Source: Trypethelium eluteriae
Taxonomy: Eukaryota
NCBI GenBank assembly: GCA_051942245.1
Contig: JAVECL010000124.1
Location: 1-48,183 of the forward strand
Length of the DNA: 48,183 nucleotides
Direction of reading: 5' to 3'
Shown here piece after piece: positions 34,159 through 42,983 of the stretch (position 1 is the first letter of the stretch; each line of letters starts with the position of its first letter). The notes below the pieces were generated by a model, which was not told the DNA's origin, did no database searches, and saw nothing but the letters and a program-made list of their open reading frames with translations. The translations under genes were made by a program, and so were the position numbers.

Positions 34159-36615
34159 GGGCGCCGAGCTATTTCCTTCAGTCGCAGCTTCCTGCTACTG
34201 GTGCTAATTGGCGCTACTAAGCACTCAGGGACGGTCGCATCGGCCCGCGGACCAAAACCCCGCCCGTCTGCGGCAGGGACCCGAGGGAGTGGCACGCTTG
34301 CATGGCGTGGGATGCCGATGTCACCACTTACACAAATCATCCACCGAGATGAGCCGAGCTGATAGGCCAGCTGCCCATTCCATTACATCAACCTTCACCA
34401 CTGCACCGCTGCCCGCCCATGCCACCATGTCCACCTTGTCGCTCACGTCTCGTCCTTGACCCTCGCCCAAGATCGATTATGACCACGGATACTCAAATAC
34501 AGTACCCCTCAACTTCGCACCGTTCGCTTGCCAATATTATGCGCGCCTGTTCGCTAAACCAGATGCTGACACCCTCCTTCCGTAAGCCAGCCTTGTCCAG
34601 CCGGCTGAATCGCTTTCCAGCAATAATGCCCGACCTTCGATGGTAGAGGAGAAGAGCCAAAGTTGGGAAGTGCACGGCACACAACCGATCAGCGGCGGCC
34701 GAACCAGAGAAGCATCAGTGTGTTCGTGTTTTCCCTGGCCAGGGGCCACGACGAGGGAGGTATGATGGCATCAGAAGCAGGTACCCGGCGTCCTATGCTC
34801 TGGCAGTCTCATGATGAGCGACAGGCGTGCAGATGTGGTATTCCGGCACGCTGCTTGTTAGGCGAGCCTCGTTACTTCCCAACTTTAACCACTCTGACAG
34901 CTGAGGTGGCTGAAGGGCAAGCCGAGCCGAGCTTGTTGCTATAATATCATTAAGACGGCGCTCGCAGAAGTATTAGGTTACTCCCGTTTGACGCGCAGAA
35001 GTTGAAACAGTTCGTTCAGCTCGGGGCAAGACCTTCATGCTCGACCAATTCAGAGCACGCAGGTACGCCAGACCAACGTTTCAATCGGTGGCGATCATGT
35101 CGTCCATGTGGCAGTCCAGATTTTGGCCCTCCGAGGTGCAGTACTCGGTAAAGAATAGCTTAATTTTTTGAATGAAGCCTTTTGCGTGATGTGCATCAGG
35201 GATCGGTGGTGCTATCGTCTTTAGCGAGGCGGTTGTAATAATGGCACCATGGGGTACCTGACATGCGCCTCGTCCACCGCGGCCACAGCATCCTGCTCCT
35301 CAATGCCACACACACCCAATGATCCAATACATAGCCTCTGATGCTCCATTCGTACAGACCGTCTGCTCCGAGATGCGGACCAGACGGGCTGGAGCTGGAG
35401 CCCGTCTCTACCTTCGTTTCCCTTTCCGCTATTCTCGGCGTATCAGGGGGCGCCTGCTAACGTGGGCCAGAGTATTCGAATAGAGGAGAACTTTTTTTTG
35501 CGTTTCACATCCCAACCGTCTAGGCAAGAGGAGTCGTACTATATGTTGGCAGCGATGGCATAGTCGGTAAGTATCAAACAGCTGGGGAGCGCTCAGACCG
35601 CTCCCAGCTATTAGTTCGTTCTACCCTGAACTTTTGACTTTTCCTGCGTGGTGGGCGGCCGGCCGGGGCTGCGCATGTCAGACTGCCGCCTCTGATCTTG
35701 CCCATGTTCACGACGGAGTTGCATGCTGGATCGGCTTCGCAAACAGGGCTACGATAAGTGAGATGGGGGCGTGTCGGCGGGCGGCTCATTACTGATCTTA
35801 GGATAGGCGCGAGGATCAGACCTCCACCCCCAGAGGCGGCCCACGATGGCCCTTCAGCAAAAAACCCCCACTCCCTCGCGGCCAACACTGGGGGCTTTCG
35901 TCTAGCAGGCGCGTGCTCGCAGGCCTGCAAGCCACACGCTCGAGCACGCACTAGCTTGCGAGCTCCTCGACCACGCCCGTCCCGTCCATGGCCGTCTCTC
36001 CCTAAGCGGTCGGGGCCGCTATGCCAGCCTCAGATCAAGGGCCTAGAGGCATTGCAGTATGGCTCGCCCCCCCTTCGTGCCGGGAGCCTTGCGCACGCTT
36101 TCATCACATCGGTCGAGCCGTCTCAAAGCTATGTCCATGTACATTGCCCTAGGAAGGAACCTGACGCAGAGCAGAGCATCCACAGCCATGCCTGCCTTTT
36201 GCACCCACAAGGCTCCGTCATCCTGGTCGCTTCGTGGGAGGTACCATCGGCCCTGTTTGTATAACATCGGCCATGCGACCAGCCCCAGAGCGCTGCTGCC
36301 CTAGTCATCCTGTTTGGCTTCAGTTGAGACCCTTCCGGATCCTCAGAACAACACCCTGCGTTCCCCTAATCAACTATTGCTTCTTTTCTTTTCCCGCTTC
36401 CTTTACTCCAGACAGGGTTCAGCTCGTTTCGAGCTCTCAGTGCTCATAAACATTCATAAACTCCGCGTTGGTCTGCCATTGACCATCCCGGCTCACGTCA
36501 CCTTGTCCATCTTACAAAGGCATCCTTGCTCACTTCGTATATGGAAGCATTGTGAATTTCGTTTCTCAGAGAGCTTTTCCTTCCTTCTAGACGTCCCTCT
36601 CACAATAACTTCAAA

Positions 36616-38279
36616 CTGGCGGCCCTCGTAGCACCCCAGCCCCAGGCAGGCTGGTTGTGGCACCGTCGCTCAAGCTCACAGCTGCCCCATTCCGATCTCT
36701 CAGGCCTCATGTCATTCGGCGGACCGTCAAGAGCAACGCATTCAACAGCAACATCTCGATCTTTCCACAACTCACATGTAGACCACCTCAATATGCCAAT
36801 GTATCCGAATACTGGGATGAGCAACTCGATTCAGATGCAGTCGAACAATTTCGGGTTTGGACCAATAAGTACGAGCCAATCTTCAGTTCCGCCTCCCTAC
36901 GGCACTACCTTTGCTCCTTTGAATCGTGTGGCCAGCTACCCTGGTGGCGTTGCCTCAACACCGGCGATTCAACAGCCACCGAATTTGCGGAATAGGTACT
37001 CTTCGACGGCGCGTAGCCCCATGGTCAAGTCAGAAACGATCTCTCCCATTCAGCAACAAAATCAAATGTTCTACGATACAAGTCCCGGCGAATCAGTCAA
37101 GCTGCCAAGTCCAGCAGGGTCTGATAAAGGACCCGACTTCTCCACAGATGTCGATACTTTAATGAAAACCATCCAGTCTCAATCAAAGACAACAAAATCA
37201 ACGCAGCCTCAACATCAACATCAACATCAGCAGCCCGTTCATGTTCAAAAGGTAAGCATACTCTACTGAAATAAGATCCTACGGCAAAATTTCCATCACG
37301 ATTGAACGCATTTGCTGACAGCAACCTACTAAAGACCCCACTGGAGCCTATTGATGCCACACCAATGGCAGGCCCGTCGAAAGGGAAGAAGCGATATCAA
37401 TGCACAATGCCTGACTGTGACAAGAGCTTCTACCAGAAGACGCACCTCGAGATTCACATTAGAGCCCACACTGGTGTCAAACCTTTCGTAAGTTCCCTCA
37501 AAATATCCCAGAGTGCATGAGTCTGATGAGTTGTAGCTCTGCAAAGAGCCATCATGTGGTCAACGGTTTTCCCAGCTCGGCAATCTCAAGGTATGCATAC
37601 TAAATCCATTTTGCAAGACCCATCTCACGAGAAGGGCAGACACACGAACGACGACATACAGGGGAGAGACCGTACAACTGTGACATCTGTGGCAAGGCAT
37701 TCGCACAGCGTGGCAATGTGCGAGCCCACAAGATCGTGCACCAGCAGATTAAGCCATTCACATGTAGGCTTGATGACTGTGGCAAGCAATTTACGCAGCT
37801 TGGCAACCTCAAGGTATATCATTCGTCGAATTTGTTCTAAAGTTATTGATGATGGCATACTTATTGCTTTGTAGTCGCATCAGAACAAATTCCACACAGC
37901 AGCGTTGCGCACTCTGACCCAGAAGTTTGCAAACATCCGGGAAGGGGATTCCGTGAGCGCGGCGGACAAGGATCTCTGGGAATACTTTGCTACGCTCTAC
38001 AAGAACTCCAACAAAGGCATCAAAGGACGCGGCAAGGACAGGAGGATCAATGCTGTCTCATCCTCGCCATCTTCCGCCTCTGTCTCCTCCGGCAGCACCG
38101 TCAGGAACCATGATCGCCGACAGAGCAGGAGCAGCAGTGCTAGCGACGATTCCTACCAGACGACGAGGACACACGACAGCGGTTATGATCTGGGTGCGAT
38201 GGATGTGGATGAAGATTTCCAGCGACCAGGCGGCTTTTCTCACGTCGGATTTGCATTTCCGGAGCGCAAGATGTACTGA
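36616..38279 (+). CDS. AZF1: C2H2 zinc-finger transcription factor, Azf1 family; 5 exons (36616 or 36709-37251, 37335-37487, 37537-37590, 37640-37813, 37875-38279); 442 aa from ATG 36709, 473 aa from CTG 36616
   Basis: Four C2H2 fingers: '[25 protein letters not shown]', '[24 protein letters not shown]', '[10 protein letters not shown]', '[19 protein letters not shown]'. Also the Azf1 tail '[21 protein letters not shown]' and '[13 protein letters not shown]'. Introns are in phase. Confidence 0.93.
37210..37230 (+). repeat. (CAACAT)3 coding microsatellite giving QHQHQHQ in Azf1
   Basis: caacatcaacatcaacatcag read directly from the sequence. Confidence 0.8.
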
Positions 38280-40226
38280 TTGAATGGTGTTGCTTTTGGG
38301 TCGCACACCATCTATATATATACATGGCACTGGCGCACAGCAGGGATCCTTCAACTCTACGGTTTGGTGCTGCGAGGCACCCTTGCGATTAGACTCGCGC
38401 GACGAGCATAAAAGGCGTCAGGACTGGGGGGGAGATTGGGACTGCTTTTTGGGTATGACTGCGACGAGACGATATTTTAGGGTGGTGGGAGTTAATTGAT
38501 TAATGATGGTCTGAGCTATCTTGCTGAATTTGGCAGGCAATGTAAATTCAAGACTCTGGAGGGTACTTGGACGATTGCTATTTTGGGACTTTCCTTCTTC
38601 GGCGCATGTGGGGATACGATGGAATGGCTGGATGGCTGGACGGCCCTGTACAGATAGCATAATGTAATCGAAAAGTGTCACTGTAGTTTTCTTCGATAAG
38701 TGGCATTGTACTTTACTTCGATAAGTGGACGGGCTCCGGAACCCGTCCCATGATGCTGGGACAGCGGCTTGTGATGCAAACGCAAACGCCTCGTAAAAGG
38801 TGGATCTTCACAGTACCCATGGCGTTGGTGGGCCAGTAGGAAAACACCAAGCGGAGAAGGTCTCATCACAGACACCACAGAGCTGGTCGGCGACTTCACC
38901 ACCATACAGTCACCCAGTATGGCGATACGCTAGAGTACGGAGTACTTTGACCGCCTTCATGATTGCGATGACCCGCACCTACAAGAAGCTCTCTCTCGCC
39001 CAAAATCCCTCAACTTTGCATCAAAATTTGCCGCAGCTCAATCCTTCGAGCCGTCTACGCACCTACGAAGACCGAACGACCGAACGCCCGAGTCTTCACT
39101 GGGTTCTTCAAAGGCCCACATAATAAACTAAGGCATCTCGTCTGCCCATGCCTATGCCCATGCTCCTTGATGCCTTGCTCATGCCACCTCTTGCACACCG
39201 ACGATCGCCTCCTTAGCACTTTCTGCATTCGAGAAAGTACGTGTTCTGTACAGAGTGCAGTCACCAGTGCTGCATCTGCGCCCATGGATTCGCGTCCCAA
39301 CAACCTGGGTACCGGTCACGATGGTGCGAGATGACCCCATGGAGACGGGATCGCAGCTGTGCACCGTGTGGATTATTGGACTCCACACGCATACGCCCAC
39401 GCGTGGTCCACGTAGGAACAGGTAGGCCGGTAAGCATCTTATTCGCTGCGTTACTACCGGCTACTCCGATCACGCGGTCGTATGCCGAAGGAAAGGGGAG
39501 AGCAGTGCCGTAGATGCGGCGGCTACAGAATCTGGGACGAACAAATCAGGGGTGAGTGTAGACGAGTGAGGGAAGAGGGAGTCGGTTGCCTGGCAGGAAG
39601 ACTGAGCGATGGCGAGGCAGAGGGTGGCGTGCGACGTGGGATGGCATGGGATGGAATGGGAGTGGAGTGACGTATTGTTTTGCGGGAATTCCTGGTGATC
39701 GGGGAGAGCGGTGGGAGCAGTGGGTGCAAGACAAGGATGGGGTGGGAAAGAGAGACATGGGAAGGCTGGCCACGACGTGGAGGAGGGTGGGAGGGGTAAG
39801 GCTCTCTGGCTGGCTGGGCTGGCTTGCTGGCTTGCTGGCGGCCTGGTACTTGGGATGGAAAATCGAAGTTGTAATGGAGGGTACAATTGAGGGCGCCGGT
39901 GGGAGGTGGAGGGTATCTCGTTGTTGAAGGTAGAAGTACAAAGGCCTACTGTGAAGTGTCTCAGGTCTAATCAATCAATTACCTAGTTTTGCAGAGGACG
40001 CCTGAAATGGAAGCGCTGCTTTGCTGACCACCACCGTGCCAAGACTTCAGGATTTTGGCTAATAAAGGTACCTCATGCAAGCGCGACCATGCTTCACACT
40101 TTTTCAGACATGAATCTATATCTCAACCATGCTGAAGGTAATATATGTAAGGATCGAGTCAGTCGCTAAGTTGTCGCCTGCAGGCGTTAAGCAAATCGTT
40201 CGGCAGGCATTAAAATACCTAAGAGG

Positions 40227-40283
40227 TAGGTACCTTAGGTACCTTAGGTATACACGATTGCCTACCTAGGTAGGTAGGTAAGG
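40227..40283. repeat. TAGG/CCTA-rich low-complexity tract with (TAGGTACCT)2 and a perfect 14-bp palindrome CCTACCTAGGTAGG (40261-40274)
   Basis: Read directly from the sequence. Confidence 0.75.
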
Positions 40284-40301
40284 AGCAATACGAGATGGGA
40301 A

Positions 40302-40346
40302 GTCACGAGCGTCACGCAAGTCACGGGAATCACGGGATCCACGGGA
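40302..40346 (+). repeat. Five imperfect tandem 9-bp units (consensus GTCACGGGA) in the ERG3 promoter
   Basis: gtcacgagc / gtcacgcaa / gtcacggga / atcacggga / tccacggga, contiguous with an exact 9-nt period. Confidence 0.85.
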
Positions 40347-40379
40347 GTGGAAGGTGCAGGTGGGCAGACTTTTAATGGG

Positions 40380-40447
40380 CGGAAGCTGTACATGCCGAAG
40401 ACACCGCCTCTGCTAATCCTCATCCATAGGGCTGATTTCCAGCCAAT
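40380..40447 (+). promoter_or_regulatory. Candidate sterol-regulon cis-elements: CGG-N12-CCG Zn2Cys6 (AtrR-type) site at 40380-40397 and CCAAT box at 40443-40447
   Basis: CGG AAGCTGTACATG CCG has an exact 12-nt spacer; AGCCAAT follows. Both lie ~360-420 nt upstream of the ERG3 ATG. Confidence 0.5.
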
Positions 40448-40802
40448 AGGACGAGCGGGGAACACAAAAGTGGTTCCCACCAGGGTCTCAGGGTCCAAGG
40501 AGGCGAGCCAGGCCAAAACATTCTCATCATTCTCTCCTAATGAGTTCCAGTTTTTCGCATGACAGGAGAAGCGCCAGAGAACCATCCCATCTACCAGAAC
40601 AATGCTAGGCTGCTAGTTGGCTGACAAACCCTGAAAATTATCTCCGTTGGCTCTTGCCTTTGCCTTCACAGTACCATCCAATTTCTGCTTTTCCATCGTT
40701 GAACTACCTCTAGAAACCGATCCGCCACCCCTCTTCACTGCTGCGATTTCTCCATAGTCCTCACAAGATCCTGGGAGGAGGGAATCTGGACGAGACGCCA
40801 CG

Positions 40803-41936
40803 ATGGATGTCGTTCTCGAGGGCTTCGATCGGTACCTGTTCGACTACCTATACGCGACTTTCCTACCTACCAATTCCAACATCTTCAACCACGATGTCTT
40901 CAAAGACCTGGCTTGGTCCGCCAATGCGACTACCTCTAGCATGGCCGAAGCCCCTACAAACTACCACTACCAACCTGCGAGCCAATTAATCCAATTCCAG
41001 CCCACAGAGTGGGCTTACCGGAGCCAATTGCCACGGGATAACGTCTACAGGCAACTGCTAAGCTTATACCTCATCACATCGTGCGCGCTTTCCCACTCTA
41101 CTCCCACATTTTTTTTTTTCTCGCAACTAATTCCCATATCTAGTCTCTTCGGCGCCGTTGTCTATTTCTTCTGCGCAACCGTCTCCTACTTCTTCGTCTT
41201 CGACCATGCCACCTTCAACCACCCCAAATATCTCAAGAACCAAGTCTCGCTCGAGATCCGCCAAGCCCTGACTTCTCTCCCTGTCATTGCCATTTTCACC
41301 GTTCCCTTCTTCCTCGCTGAAGTTCGGGGCTACTCCAAAATGTACGACACAACCTCTGAGGGCCCCGGCTGGTGGTACAACATTTTACAGTTCCCTCTAT
41401 TCATCGCCTTCACCGACTTCTGCATTTACTTTATTCATCGGGGGCTTCATCATCCGCTCATCTACAAGCGCCTACACAAGCCACACCACCGCTGGATCAT
41501 GCCGACCCCCTTTGCCTCCCACGCCTTCCACCCGCTGGACGGATATGCCCAGAGCGTGCCCTACCACGTCTTCCCGTTTCTGTTCCCGCTCCAAAAGTTC
41601 GCTTACGTGCTGCTGTTCGTCTGGATCAACGTCTGGACCGTGCTGATCCATGATGGCGAGTATGTCGCCAATTCGCCCATTATCAATGGTGCGGCGTGCC
41701 ATACGATGCATCACCTGTACTTCAACTATAACTACGGCCAGTTCACGACGCTGTGGGATCGCTTGGGTGGCAGCTACCGTACGCCGAACGAGGAGCTGTT
41801 CAAGAAGGAGACGAAGATGGGCAAGGAGGAGTGGGAGCGACAGAAGAAGGAGATGGAGACGATTGTGAAGGAGGTCGAGGGGGCTGATGATCGGATGTAT
41901 TTGCCGGACGAGAAGGAGAGCAAGAAGGTACAGTGA
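40803..41936 (+). CDS. ERG3: Sterol C-5(6) desaturase Erg3; 2 exons (40803-41080, 41144-41936), ~356 aa
   Basis: His boxes 'HRGLH', 'HKPHH' and 'HTMHH'; 'TPFASHAFHPLDG', 'YFNYNYGQFTTLWDRLGGSY'. The 63-nt intron GTGCGC..ACTAAT..CTAG is hidden in frame in the ORF track. Confidence 0.97.
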   Translation: MDVVLEGFDRYLFDYLYATFLPTNSNIFNHDVFKDLAWSANATTSSMAEAPTNYHYQPASQLIQFQPTEWAYRSQLPRDNVYRQLLSLYLITSCALSHSTPTFFFFSQLIPISSLFGAVVYFFCATVSYFFVFDHATFNHPKYLKNQVSLEIRQALTSLPVIAIFTVPFFLAEVRGYSKMYDTTSEGPGWWYNILQFPLFIAFTDFCIYFIHRGLHHPLIYKRLHKPHHRWIMPTPFASHAFHPLDGYAQSVPYHVFPFLFPLQKFAYVLLFVWINVWTVLIHDGEYVANSPIINGAACHTMHHLYFNYNYGQFTTLWDRLGGSYRTPNEELFKKETKMGKEEWERQKKEMETIVKEVEGADDRMYLPDEKESKKVQ

Positions 41937-42983
41937 GCCGGGAAGGTGGAGCAGAAAAAGTGTTATTGCGGAATTGGGTAGGAAGATGAAAGGAAAGGGC
42001 AGGAACAAGCTGTGCTCGCGGATGCATGTTGTTGCATAGGGTGGCATCTTCGAGCATTTTGTCGCTGCTTGTGCGGTCTCAGGCGCTACTGGAGACGGGC
42101 CTCGAGACGAATTTTGTTCTACATCGTCGTTAATTTGGACTTTCTTGGAGTCTGGGTCGGAATTTGCCTTGGAGGTGCAATTTCATGAGACTCCAAAAAG
42201 TCAGCTTGCACCTAATCATTCGCTTACCTGGAGCGCTGGACTCGACGTTTGGTCAATTTTGGTCGCATCGCACCTAGTACACCTCAGCTCGCCCGCTACC
42301 AGATAGCTTGAGTGCGAGTGAGCAACTGTCTATAATAGCTCGCTCTGAGATGTATGATGAATACTTCTCATTGGAAAAAGTTAGAACTTCTGACAATGGT
42401 TTTGTGCGTTGTAAATAGTTTCGTAGTGGCCGCTAGTCTCCAACCCAAGTACTGTAAATGTAGACGAGGCCTCGACTGTATCCCATTGAGACTGGCCGCT
42501 ATTCATACCTTCCTATATTTAGGGAAGGGCCCTAGTGTTAGTCAATTCCTGACGTACATCACTCAACGTCGCTTATGAAGGATCATCTATCTAACCAAAC
42601 TTGATAGCTTTGATGCATCTATGCTGTGCTACAGAAACTCGAGCCGGGGTATCTACACTGAAACAAATCAAGCCGCCCTGATCCTTCTCTAGGAAAGAAA
42701 TTTCATCGTCCGTAAGTCCCCCTCACGCTGCCATTACCATTTCCACCTTTCGAAAGCATTCGCTGTCCACATCTAACGAGCTGCCGTAGTCCACATTCCC
42801 CACGAGCAGCCACCTACGGGGACACATGACAAGCAATTTGTAAGCTTACTTTAGCTAGTCTCCGAATGACATGATGTTCGGAGGGCTTGAGTATCAGATC
42901 GATCCAGAAGGTGCTTGGGATCGTCCATCGATGGTAGATCCGTCGGAGCCAGCATAATCGTAAGTCGCTTGACTTGACGGGTC

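Noticed and set aside
33651..34340. 229-aa minus-strand ORF in the gene-poor region
   Set aside because: R/P/A/S-rich with no motif, and antisense to the better-signalled spliced + strand candidate. Likely a chance ORF.
40227..40346. Short periodic repeats considered as a CRISPR-like array or transposon terminus
   Set aside because: Units are 9 bp with no spacers, the context is eukaryotic, and no matching second terminus, target-site duplication or transposase was found.
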